Shown: positions 22,834 to 33,515 of the stretch, piece after piece
Layout of the letters: each line of letters begins with the position of its first letter
How positions within the stretch are numbered: the first letter of the stretch is position 1
Assembly: GCA_964035575.1 (NCBI GenBank)
Contig: OZ037835.1
Location: 2,108,001-2,172,000, forward strand
DNA length: 64,000 nt
Direction: 5' to 3'
DNA from: Rhynchopus sp. YZ270_cl-10
Lineage: Eukaryota
Notes under the pieces: model-generated
Databases searched by the model: none
What the model saw: only the letters and a program-made list of their open reading frames with translations
Told to the model about the DNA's origin: nothing
Made by a program: the position numbers and the translations under genes

Positions 22834-23436
22834 GATAATCTGATTCCATTTTTTTTTTTTTTTTTTTTGAAAAACCCGAAAACCCGAAAACCGGGTTTTG
22901 AAAACCCAGAAACCCGCCCTAACTTAACCCCTGGTTTCCTCCCTCTCTCCCCAAGACTTAATATGCCCTTTTTCTCTGACGGCCTCGGTCATCTCACATT
23001 ACTCGAAGAAGAGCCTCCCGGCGCTATCGCCCCACTCTGTCAGAAGGGTGGCGGTGCAGTACCTAGTGGGACAGGATGTCGAGCTCGAAATGATCTGCCA
23101 GCTCACCCGTCACTCGGACGTGAACGCAGTCATGCGTTATGCGCACGATGCAGGGGGGCGCTGTCACTGCTAGCGGAAACGTCAGCTCCTCAATTCCGAA
23201 ATCTTGTTTTGCTATCTTTACCCGCGTATTCAGGGTTTTCCATAACATGTTTACACATGCACACAGTCGCAGCTAAAAGCCAAAAGCTGCTTGTGTACCC
23301 CCACATTTACTAAACCCACCATATTTTCTGTGCTTTTTGCGGTTTCACATTTTTTGCGGTTTTGGCGCAGGCCAAAGGTATATCACACTCCCACCATCCC
23401 CACACCACATCACACACCACCAGACCCTCTCACACA

Positions 23437-24627
23437 ATGCTCCGCACACTATCCTGCGTGCTGCTCGCTGCTGCGGGTGTTACTGCCGACTTCGATGCGA
23501 AGTGGTACACCCTCGACCTGGACAAGACCGCCCTCGAGCGCTTGACACCCATTGCAGACGAGCTGATTGCGACACACACATACGAGTACGTATGGCAGCC
23601 GATGCACACCTTTCTCGAGGCTGTGCTGCCACATGCCGCATGGGTGGAGATGGCTCCTCTGTGGGCCAAGGTGCTGGATGCGTACCCTGCGTTCTACCAG
23701 GAGGAGGTGCGTGCCTTCTACCAGTACCTGACGGTGAACCTGAACCGCACGGAGTGGACGATTGGGCAGATCACCATGGCACAGCTCTTCTACGAAGTGG
23801 AGGACGCCTGCACCTCCATTGTGGCACAGCACACCAACGGCACGATCTTCCACGGGCGCAACCTGGACTACGGCCTGCCGGGGCTCTCAAACTTCACGAT
23901 CAACGCGAAGTTCACACGCTCGAACCAGACGATCGCACACGGCACGATGTACCTCGGATACAGCGGGCTGCTTACCGGGCAGCACGTTGAGGGTGGGGAC
24001 AGGGCCACGTGGTCACTCTCGCTGAACGAACGCTTCTACGGGAAGGACTGGGTGCCGTACCAGGGCACCATTGAGGAGATCCTTGCCGGTGTGCAGAACG
24101 CAGGGTTCACACTGCGCGACGCTCTCATGGACGTGCCCAGCTACGAAGCGGCTACGGCCCTGCTGCGCGAGAAGCCGATGCCGGCACCTGCATACCTGAC
24201 GCTCTCGGGCCTTGCTGCGGGCGACGGTGTTGTCATCACAAGAGACCGCAACGGCACCTCACATGCCGCAGGCACAGGGCGGGGCTACTGGAAGGTCGAC
24301 ACCTCTGTCGGCGACTGGTACCGCATGGAGACTAACTTCGACAACTGGGAGCCTCTCACGGACGGCAGAAGGAAGGTGGCAAACGAAGGCATGCACGCCA
24401 TTGGGCAGGCGGGGGCGAACCTGACAGGGCTGCTCCACGTGCTCGAGACGGACAAGGTGCTGAACAGCGAGACCACGTACACAGCTATGATGCTCAACGA
24501 GGCTAGCTACTACAGAACTATTGTCCGCGAGCACAGCGACGCAGCCAACGCTGCAAGGACACAGAAGATGCACCTAGACGTCAAGAAGAAGATGGAGACA
24601 CTCTTCGCGTGGTTCAAGCAGATGTGA
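23437..24627 (+). CDS. acid ceramidase / N-acylethanolamine acid amidase (ASAH1/NAAA family, Ntn-hydrolase)
   Basis: Signal peptide MLRTLSCVLLAAAGVTA; WYTLDLD..ERL; autocleavage nucleophile motif ACTSIVAQHTNGTIFHGRNLDY; also SLSLNER, GVVITRDR, ETNFDNWE, DGRR and TTYTAMM, typical of the family. Confidence 0.93.
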   Translation: MLRTLSCVLLAAAGVTADFDAKWYTLDLDKTALERLTPIADELIATHTYEYVWQPMHTFLEAVLPHAAWVEMAPLWAKVLDAYPAFYQEEVRAFYQYLTVNLNRTEWTIGQITMAQLFYEVEDACTSIVAQHTNGTIFHGRNLDYGLPGLSNFTINAKFTRSNQTIAHGTMYLGYSGLLTGQHVEGGDRATWSLSLNERFYGKDWVPYQGTIEEILAGVQNAGFTLRDALMDVPSYEAATALLREKPMPAPAYLTLSGLAAGDGVVITRDRNGTSHAAGTGRGYWKVDTSVGDWYRMETNFDNWEPLTDGRRKVANEGMHAIGQAGANLTGLLHVLETDKVLNSETTYTAMMLNEASYYRTIVREHSDAANAARTQKMHLDVKKKMETLFAWFKQM

Positions 24628-25730
24628 TAAGTTCATAACCTATATTATTATGTTGTGTCAACGCGTGCCTCTTGAATTTTCTCTTTTTTTTTTCCAGTTT
24701 TTTTTCCGGGGGAAAGCGAACAACAAACAACCTTTATTTTCCTCCAGTTTATGCAACAAGCAAAGAGTATCGATTTCTCTCCAGCATTTTTCTCGAACAT
24801 TTTTTCGGGCACATGCCACTTTGATGATTTTGTTTCCTTTCCGTCCCCCTTCTATTGCACACTCACCTCATGTGTTAAGCCCCCACACTCCCCTCATGTG
24901 TTCACATACTCACAACGTGCGTATTGCCTCTAGAACCATTGCTTCCACGGAGCCACGAATTAGGTAGTGAACACTTGGTGGAGGAGGAGGGGGTAAGTGG
25001 GTTGGCGTGTGGTGGTGGGATGACATTGGTGGCGCAGCGCTGCCACAGTTCTCACTCTTTCTTTTTCTAGTCTTTTTTCGCTGCCTCCCCCGGGAGAGCA
25101 ACTCTTTTCTTTGTCCACTTTCCACTACCCGAGATTTGATCTTGGGAACAATTTTAGATCAACGAAGTCCACGAACGCTTTCTACCCTCCCTTGGGGGTA
25201 CTCTTGAGGGTCCAAGGGTCCTTCCAAAAAAGGTGTGATCTGGGGGGGGGGGTGAGGACGTTCCAACCTAATCCCATTTTTTTTTTCCATTCGCGATTTT
25301 TTCACCCCTCCCCCCATGTTTAGAATCAACAGACCCAAAACGGTACACCATAAAAAGGTTCGTTTTCTTTGATCCTAAAAACAAACAAACAAACATCCAA
25401 CGTTACATAAATAGTAGTTACTCTGCCCCATACCCACCCCCTGTTCTTTTCCGCCTGGAACAGTATTCTGCCCAAGTCGGAGGGAAAGGCAATGCACCAT
25501 GTTGCGAAGACTTCTTTCCTGTTGGTGCATGGGGGTATCTGCAACGTGTCTTTGCTAATGTACTTCGTAGCAACCTCGCGGGCTTTGTATCCTTCGACAA
25601 CTCGCCTAAGTACCCAGAAGAGGGTCTGTGCTCAATGTTGGCCGAATCCTTTTATACTACAGAAGGAAAAGACGTAAAGAACAATATTACACAAAGTGGC
25701 GTAGTCCGCATGAGTGCTCCTCAATGTGTA

Positions 25731-26008
25731 AAGGGGGGGGAGGGATAATTGTAGTGGGGGATAACTGTAGAATGGCGGATAAAATAAAAAATATCGCCAG
25801 TTTTTTCTTCTCAAAAAATGGGGGATAGTTGTAGTGGGGGATAAAAAAAAATATCTCTCTTTTTTCCCACCTGAATATCCCCATCCCCAAGGAAAATACA
25901 CACCAAAAACGCGGTGTGGGAAGTGGGGGATAACTGTAGTGGGGGATAAAATAAAATAAAATGGGGGAGAAAAAACGGGGGATAATTGTTTTATCCCCCA
26001 CCCCCCTT
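25731..26008. mobile_element. TA-flanked MITE with GTAGTGGGGGATAA repeats
   Basis: TIR AAGGGGGG..GGGATAA / TTATCCCC..CCCCCCTT with TA TSD. The empty site CAATGTGTA|CGGCTAC is seen in the paralogous segment at ~28698-28713. Confidence 0.85.
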
Positions 26009-26144
26009 TACGGCTACACACAAAAAATAGTACCACAGAGGCCGAATAAACTGGGCCAATCGGGTGATTAAAGAGAAGAAGTTGAGGCAACAGTCATGAC
26101 CAAAAGAATACAAAATGAGCAGACGAACGTGCCGACGCTTCACA

Positions 26145-27043
26145 GCCTCCTGGAGCTTGGAGCGTTTTAGGGTCTGTGGGATGACGCCCGATGACGCACG
26201 ATGACGGCCGATGACAGCACGATTACGTTTTTTCTTTTTTTTGGTACTGTGTATACTGTGTATACTGTGTATACTGTGTATACTGTGTATACTGTGTATA
26301 CTGTGTATACTGTGTATACTGTGTATACTGTGTATACTGTGTATACTGTGTATACTGTGTATACTGTGTATACTGTGTATACTGTGTATACTGTGTATAC
26401 TGTGTATACTGTGTATACTGTGTATACTGTGAAAACTGTGTATACTGTGTATACTGTGTATATTGTGTATACTGTGTATACTGTGTATACTGTGTATACT
26501 GTGTATACTGTGTATACTGTGTATACTGTGTATACTGTGTATACTGTGTATACTGTGTATACTGTGAAAACTGTATATACTGTGTATACTGTGTATATTG
26601 TGTATACTGTGTATACTGTGTATACTGTGTATACTGTGTATACTGTGTATACTGTGTATACTGTGTATACTGTGTATACTGTGTATACTGTGTATACTGT
26701 GTATATTGTGTATACTGTGTATACTGTGTATACTGTGTATACTGTGTATACTGTGTATACTGTGTATATTGTGTATACTGTGTATACTGTGTATACTGTG
26801 TGTACTGTGTACTTGTCCATTTCGGCAAATTGACCCCACCACTGGCCGGACGGATTCCGAAAATGCAAATGCCGGTGTTTAAAAGCTTCACCAAGGATTT
26901 CACCGAGGAAAAAAAAATTTCCCCTAGCACGATGATTCCCGATTATGCACGATTATGCACGATTACTCAGGATTACGCACGATGACGGCCGATGACACCC
27001 GATTTAGCGCGATTCACCCCCCCGGAAAACGCTCCATGGAGGC
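26145..27043. mobile_element. TIR element carrying a 9-bp satellite
   Basis: Imperfect TIR GCCTCC..TGGAGCGTTTT / AAAACGCTCCATGGAGGC; 10-bp GATGACGCAC-type repeats at both ends. Region is absent from the paralogous upstream segment at ~28715. Confidence 0.55.
26245..26812. repeat. (TACTGTGTA)n 9-bp satellite
   Basis: About 63 tandem units with recurring variant units. Confidence 0.97.
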
Positions 27044-27215
27044 ACGGTAAAAATAAGTCGAGCAATGAATGTTTTGCACTGCACTTTATTGTCTCAAAGC
27101 CAGACAAACGGAAGCGGCTTTGGTGAGATGTTGTTTTCTTTCACCATGTTCACCCACTACAGCCCCAACTCCCACAACCCCACCACACAACAGAGCAACA
27201 CAAAAGGAGGACAAA

Positions 27216-28337
27216 ATGGAAGTAGTTATCAAAGACTGTGCAGACAACTCGTACGTGATCGAGGTGAGTGTGGATGACACAACTGGGACGATGCGGCAGA
27301 AGGTGGCGTCTGCAGTGGGGTTGGCTGAGGACAGCTTCCACATGGGCTTCGGAGGGAAGGACGAAGGAGACGACATCACGCAGCTGAGTGCTGGAGACAC
27401 AATCATCCTCACGAAAAGTAAGAAGTTCGATGCCAGAGCAGTACTTCATGCGTTGGGTGAGGACATCACAGCAGAGAGGCTGGAGACTGTGGAGGATCCT
27501 GAGGTGGCGTGTTTGCTTCTGCAGGCGGAGGTTGCGACTGTCATTCCTGATAAGTTTTTGGCACAGACATCGTTAACGAGACTTGATCTGAGTGCTGTGT
27601 CGTGTGTGACGGACATTGGTCATGAGTTTCTTTACCAGTGCACATCGTTGACAAGCGTCGACCTGTCTGGGTTGACACGTCTCACGCGGGTTGGTACCAG
27701 CTTTCTTTACGACTGCAGCAGCCTCACAGCAGTAGACTTATCACCACTTCGCAATGTTACTCACATTTATGCATGCTTTCTTTCCCGCTGCACCAGCCTC
27801 ACAGCAGTGGACCTGTCACCACTTTGCAATGTAACTTGCATTTATGCATACTTTCTCTACAACTGCACCAGCCTCACATCAGTGGACTTATCACCACTTC
27901 GCAATGTTACTCATATTGACGCAAGCTTTCTGTACAACTGCAGCAGCCTCACAGCAGTAGATTTATCACCATTTCACAATGTTACTCACATTGATGACTG
28001 GTTTCTTGCCCACTTCAGAAGCCTCACAGCAGTAGATTTATCACCACTTCGCAATGTTACTCACGTTGGTAACAGCTTTCTTTCCGACTGCAACACTCTC
28101 ACAGAGCTCGACCTGTCACCGCTCAGCAGAGTTACGCACTTTGGTGAGCTTCCTGCTGACAACTACACTTCGTTGAGGAGCATCCACCTCGGCGGCTGCA
28201 GCAGTGCTGTGTCCAGTCGAGTACGTGAATGCAAACTGAAGAAGTATGTGGTTGACGCACCTCCACCTCTACCTCCACCTCCGACACGTGGCAGAGACAA
28301 GACGAAAGCAGCCTTGCCTCGCTGCAGTGTTTCGTAA
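27216..28337 (+). CDS. Ubl-LRR-polyPro-CaaX protein (5 variable modules)
   Basis: ATG at 27216 after ...CACACAACAG; MEVVIKDCADNSYVIEVSVDDT; repeats CxSLTAVDLSPLRNVTHIxxxFLxx; ends PPPLPPPPTRGRDKTKAALPRCSVS*. Confidence 0.9.
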   Translation: MEVVIKDCADNSYVIEVSVDDTTGTMRQKVASAVGLAEDSFHMGFGGKDEGDDITQLSAGDTIILTKSKKFDARAVLHALGEDITAERLETVEDPEVACLLLQAEVATVIPDKFLAQTSLTRLDLSAVSCVTDIGHEFLYQCTSLTSVDLSGLTRLTRVGTSFLYDCSSLTAVDLSPLRNVTHIYACFLSRCTSLTAVDLSPLCNVTCIYAYFLYNCTSLTSVDLSPLRNVTHIDASFLYNCSSLTAVDLSPFHNVTHIDDWFLAHFRSLTAVDLSPLRNVTHVGNSFLSDCNTLTELDLSPLSRVTHFGELPADNYTSLRSIHLGGCSSAVSSRVRECKLKKYVVDAPPPLPPPPTRGRDKTKAALPRCSVS

Positions 28338-28829
28338 AGAGCGACAGGAGAAGCTAGGCAAGGAACTTCGAGCATCTGCAGGATCTCGTGGCTGACAGCA
28401 GGGGGTACGGTTCTGGGCTTTGTCCCATTCTGCGACGTCGGTGTACGTTAGAACAGTGGTGTCGTGTGTTGAAGAACCCCGAGTGGTCCGCAAATAAGAC
28501 CCTCAATCACCCCTAGTGCGCATGACGTGGGTAGCGTACCAACTAAACAAAAGATGAAAGGGGTTTTTATTATTTTCCATCAAAAGGCCCCATTACCTCC
28601 ACCTTTTTCACATACCTATCACCCTTGTTCTTCCACAGAAGGAAAAGACGTAAAGAGCAATATTACACAAAGTGGCGTAGTCCGCATGAGTGCTCCTCAA
28701 TGTGTACGGCTACCTACAAAGGAAGCGGCTTTGGTGAGGTGTTGTTTTCTTTCACCATGTTCACCCACTACAGCCCCAACTCCCACAACCCCACCACACA
28801 ACAGAGCAACACAAAGAATAGAAGACAAA

Positions 28830-30101
28830 ATGGAAGTAGTTATCAAGGACTGTGCAGACAACTCGTACGTGATCGAGGTGAGTGTGGATGACACAAGTGG
28901 GACGATGCGGCAGAAGGTGGCGTCTGCAGTGGGGTTGGCTGAGGACAGCTTCCACATGGGCTTCGGAGGGAAGGACGAAGGAGACGACATCACGCAGCTG
29001 AGTGCTGGAGACACAATCATCCTCACAAAAACTAAGAAGTTCGAGGCCAGAGCAGTACTTCATGCGTTGGGTGAGGACATCACAGCAGAGAGGCTGGAGA
29101 CTGTGGAGGATCCTGAGGTTGCGTGTTTGCTTCTGCAGGCGGAGGTTGCGACTGTCATTCCGGATATGTTTTTGGCACAGACATCGTTAACAGCACTTGA
29201 TCTGAGTGCTGTGTCGTGTGTGACGGAAATAGGTGATGAGTTTCTTTACCAGTGCACATCGTTGACAAGCATCGACCTGTCTGGGTTGACACGTCTCACG
29301 CGGATTGGTACCAGCTTTCTTGCCGACTGCAGCAGCCTCACAGCAGTAGACTTATCGCCACTTCGCAATGTTAGACAAATTGATAGAAGCTTTCTTTACG
29401 AGTGCACCAGCCTCACATCAGTGGACTTACCACCACTTCGTAATGTTACACACATTAGTACTAGGTTTCTTTCCCGCTGCAGCAGCCTCGTAGTAGTGGA
29501 CTTATCACCACTTTGCAATGTAACTTACATTCATGGCTGGTTTCTTTACAACTGCAGCAGCCTCACAGCAGTGGACTTATCGCCACTTCGCAATGTTACA
29601 CACATTGATAGAGGCTTTCTTACCCACTGCAGCAGCCTCACAGTAGTGGATTTATCACCACTTCGCAATGTTACTCACATTGATGACTGTTTTCTTGCCT
29701 TGTGCCCCAGCCTCAAAGTAGTGGACTTATCAGCACTCAGCAATGTTACACAAATTGATGGCCGGTTTCTTGCCCACTGCAGCAGCCTCACAGCAGTAGA
29801 CTTATCGCCACTCAGCAATGTTACTCGAATTGGTCCAAAATTTCTTGCCGACTGCAGCAGCCTCACAGAACTAGACCTGTCACCACTCAGCGGAGTTATG
29901 CATTTCGGTGACCTACCTGATTACAGCTACACTTCGTTGAGGAGCATCCACCTTGGCGGCTGCAGCAGTGCTGTGTCCAGTCGAGTACGTGAATGCAAGC
30001 TGAAGGAGTATGTGGTTGACGCACCTGCACCTCCACCTCCACCTCCGACACGTGGCAGAGACAAGACGAAAGCAGACGTACATTGCTGCAGTGTTTCGTA
30101 A
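28830..30101 (+). CDS. Ubl-LRR-polyPro-CaaX protein (7 variable modules)
   Basis: Paralog of 27216, exactly 150 nt (2 x 75) longer; ends HCCSVS*. Confidence 0.9.
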   Translation: MEVVIKDCADNSYVIEVSVDDTSGTMRQKVASAVGLAEDSFHMGFGGKDEGDDITQLSAGDTIILTKTKKFEARAVLHALGEDITAERLETVEDPEVACLLLQAEVATVIPDMFLAQTSLTALDLSAVSCVTEIGDEFLYQCTSLTSIDLSGLTRLTRIGTSFLADCSSLTAVDLSPLRNVRQIDRSFLYECTSLTSVDLPPLRNVTHISTRFLSRCSSLVVVDLSPLCNVTYIHGWFLYNCSSLTAVDLSPLRNVTHIDRGFLTHCSSLTVVDLSPLRNVTHIDDCFLALCPSLKVVDLSALSNVTQIDGRFLAHCSSLTAVDLSPLSNVTRIGPKFLADCSSLTELDLSPLSGVMHFGDLPDYSYTSLRSIHLGGCSSAVSSRVRECKLKEYVVDAPAPPPPPPTRGRDKTKADVHCCSVS

Positions 30102-31158
30102 AGAGCGACAGGAGAAGCTAGGCAAGGAACGTAGAGCAGCTCCGCTGTGACAGCTGCTTCACTCAGCTGCGCAACTCACTGAGGTGTGCCTGCGAATATC
30201 TTCACAGGTGAAACCGGAATACAGTAGGACAAGAAACTTGGTGACCAAATAATATTGGCGGATTTTGGGGGGTTTCTTGTAATTGGCGACTTTTTGGTCG
30301 CCTTTCTCTCTAGTTCAATCAATTTCTATTCGCGATTTTTCCCCCACCCCGTTTATAGAATCGACAGAAGGGTTATTGTTTGTCTGTTCACGTCAAAAGA
30401 AAGGTCATTGGTACCCCAGAAATCCAAAATACCAAAGTACGCTAGAAGTACACAATACGGGGTAGTCAGGAGCACCAGACATACTATTATCTTTCCTCTT
30501 TTCATTTGTGTGTTTTCAGCTTTTCGTGTTGTGAGAGAAATGTGCAGGGTTGGACCCCTGTAGTCATGATAAAAGCGATGACGCCATTGAGCGACTCATA
30601 GGCGCATGAGTGATAGACGTTGTCGCTGTGGTATCCCGCCTCGTCAGAGGCAGGTGCTTTTTGACACAGCAACTTCGTGAGTCGGTATCGGTCTGCGAAT
30701 CACATTGAAAATGGCGTGTTGCGCGTCATATCGCAGAGGATAGAGAAACTGAAAAGTCATGAAAATACAAAACTGACGTGAAGCCAACGAAAGGATGGTA
30801 GCCAAGTTCAAAAGGAGAACATAGTGGGGCACACTCCTCGGGTGTCTACACTAATACAACGAAGCTTGCAAAAAAACAAAACAAAACAAAAGACCTCTCA
30901 CCCCTTGTAGCTTGTTTAAAGACCTCGTGTGGTCACGAAGGTTGTTCGCCCCTACTTGGGTGTAGCACCTTTGTACCCTTAGCTTCCAAACACTCTTCTG
31001 CACACTTGCAAGTTGTCCTCTTCCTCTTTTGGTTGCTTTGTCTTGCCCCACTATGCATGGCTTGCGGAGTATCTTTCTAAGGGTTGTGGAGGTTATGGTG
31101 TTTCACCACATCTGCCGTTCTGGATGATCGTTTTTATTATCGCATGCGACTCGCATCG

Positions 31159-31302
31159 AGTGTATGTGACAGTGTATGTGACAGTGTATGTGACAGTGTA
31201 TGTGACAGTGTATGTGACAGTGTATGTGACAGTGTATGTGACAGTGTATGTGACAGTGTATGTGACAGTGTATGTGACAGTGTATGTGACAGTGTATGTG
31301 AC
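31159..31302. repeat. (AGTGTATGTGAC)12 minisatellite
   Basis: 12 perfect 12-bp units. Confidence 0.97.
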
Positions 31303-31547
31303 ACCTCTGTCACCCCCTCTCATTTGCCCCTTTTGAGCCGTATGCACCGATGCAAGGTGACCAAGCATGAGAGATTTTCATCTTGCAACCTTCTTTCCCC
31401 TCTGGGAAACCGTGCAGAGAGTCGCGAAATGCGATGCCGGACACTTGTACAATACACCACTATCACGCCGGCCCACTCACCTCACAACCTCCACAAAAAG
31501 AAACAGCATAAAAGACACAACATTGAATATCAACATCTTCACAAACC

Positions 31548-32957
31548 ATGTCGAAGCGACACGCAGGCAGCACACCTGACGAGAAGGCACCAAAGAGAAG
31601 AAAGCTTTCTGCAGACAAGGTCTTGGTGGAGGCTGCCAGGAACGGCGACACGACTGCCGTGCGGGTGGGACTCGAGAAGCTCAGCCCAGACACAAACAGC
31701 AAGAAGGTTTCCTTCGATGCTGCGCACGAGGCATGCAGAGGGAACCACGATGAATGCCTCGCACTGCTTCTTCCGTATGTTGAGACAACGCAGATGGGCT
31801 TCGGGATGCTGCTGAGTGAGTGTGTCCACGCAGACCACACTGCGTGCACGGAGGTCCTCTTGCAGCATTGGAAGTCTGTCTGCAGCAACGTTGCGTTTGT
31901 CCCACACGGGCAGGAGGACATATATGGGCAGGACTGTCCAGCCATGTGGGCGGACCCTGCAGTGTGTCAGGTGCTCATTGATGCAGGGGCAGACGTCGAG
32001 ACAAAGGACGACATGGGACGTTCACCTCTGCTCAAGGCGAGCGTTTCAGGAAAGTTCGCAGTTGTGAAGATGTTGGTTGAAGCAGGTGCGGACGTGCGTG
32101 TCATAGACAATGATGGAGAGTCATGTCTTACCCTTGCAACGTCATATGATGAACACACTGAGACTGTGCGTTACCTTGTGGGTTTGAAAGATGTGGACGT
32201 GAATCACTCATGTGATGGAGGCTCCACTGCGTTGCACTGGGTATGCCAAGAGAACTATCCTGAAGTAGTTCAGGCGCTCATTGATGCAGGGGCAGACATC
32301 GAAGCAAAGGACGACAGGGAGGGTTGTTCGCCTCTGCTCTGGGCTTGTCGCCCAGTTGTTGGCCAGTTCGCCGTTGTGAAAGTTTTGGTCAAAGCAGGTG
32401 CAGACGTGTGTGTCACTTCCCGCAAAGGAGACACATGTCTTACCCTTGCTGCCAATGGAGATACCGAGACTGTGCGTACTCTTCTGTGCATGCCTGAGGT
32501 GGATGTGAGTCAGTCAAATGACAGGGGCAACACTCCACTGCACTGCGCAGTGTTCAAGAAGCGCTCTGCTGTGGTGGATGTGCTCATTGATGCAGGGGCA
32601 GACATCGAGGCCAGGAACAACTTGGGTCGTACACCTCTGCTTGTGGCTTGCGAGAACGGGGATGTGGCAAAGGTGAAGATGTTGGTCAAAGCAGGTGCGG
32701 AAGCGCGAGTCACAGACAACGGAGGTAGTACATGCCTCATCATTGCGGCATATTATGGACACACCGAGACTGTGCGCTATCTTATGGGCTTGCCGGGAGT
32801 GGATGTGCATCACGCAGCTAATGGGGGCGAGACTGCGTTGCACGTCGCATCACGTAGACATGGGCATCATGTGGCGCAGATTCTTCTCGAGCACTATACG
32901 AACACGTCTGAGGTGACCGCAGTGGTAATCCAATCGTCTGCGTCTCTGAATGAGTAA
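31548..32957 (+). CDS. ankyrin repeat protein
   Basis: Multiple ankyrin consensus units (GRSPLLKAS..VVKMLVEAGADV, GNTPLHCAV..VVDVLIDAGADIEARNNLGRTPLLVAC, GETALHVAS); N-terminal NLS-like PKRRK. Confidence 0.93.
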   Translation: MSKRHAGSTPDEKAPKRRKLSADKVLVEAARNGDTTAVRVGLEKLSPDTNSKKVSFDAAHEACRGNHDECLALLLPYVETTQMGFGMLLSECVHADHTACTEVLLQHWKSVCSNVAFVPHGQEDIYGQDCPAMWADPAVCQVLIDAGADVETKDDMGRSPLLKASVSGKFAVVKMLVEAGADVRVIDNDGESCLTLATSYDEHTETVRYLVGLKDVDVNHSCDGGSTALHWVCQENYPEVVQALIDAGADIEAKDDREGCSPLLWACRPVVGQFAVVKVLVKAGADVCVTSRKGDTCLTLAANGDTETVRTLLCMPEVDVSQSNDRGNTPLHCAVFKKRSAVVDVLIDAGADIEARNNLGRTPLLVACENGDVAKVKMLVKAGAEARVTDNGGSTCLIIAAYYGHTETVRYLMGLPGVDVHHAANGGETALHVASRRHGHHVAQILLEHYTNTSEVTAVVIQSSASLNE

Positions 32958-33515
32958 AATTAGTGAACTCTGTGAGAATGCAAATAAATACTAATTTTTG
33001 TTTTTTCCTGTGAGGAGAAAACCAAAACGGAAATGAAGCTTGCGAAATGAGAGTGGAGGTTTTTTCGTAATGTTTTATTCTCCCCATTACCACCACTTCG
33101 CAGAAAAAACCCTTTTTTCGTTCGCGAGTTTGTTTTGCGTCTTCCGCAATTTACAAACTTTTTTTTCTTCAGTTTTTCCTCCCCGGTATCACATATGACA
33201 CTGTTTTTCCACGGAAACACATGAAAAGGAGTTCCCCATTCACAGAACTCGATAGGCGATTGAGCTTATCTTAACAAACAAACCAAAACAAAAGAAATGC
33301 AGGAAAAAATTGGCAAATATAACAAAGAGATTTTGACAAAAAGGGACAATACAACCTCATCCCCCCCCCCCACCCCCCCCTTTTCTTGTAGTGAGGCTTC
33401 AACAGGAATTAGTCGCTATCTCAACAAAGAAGTGCACCTACCATGTTCACCCACCACATCCCCAACTCCCACAACCCCACCACACAACAGAGTAACACAA
33501 AGAATAGAAAACAAA

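Larger units (their letters stand above)
21231..22933. mobile_element. hAT-type MITE (copy 1) carrying nested insertions
   Basis: TIR CAGGGGTTAAGTTAG / CTAACTTAACCCCTG; 8-bp TSD GTTTCCTC (21223-30, 22934-41). Body is near-identical to 49587..50999. Confidence 0.9.

Noticed and set aside
25991..26930. Long ORFs (HSI)n, (YTV)n, (YTQ)n, (CIL)n
   Set aside because: Stop-free frames of the 9-bp satellite; no coding context.
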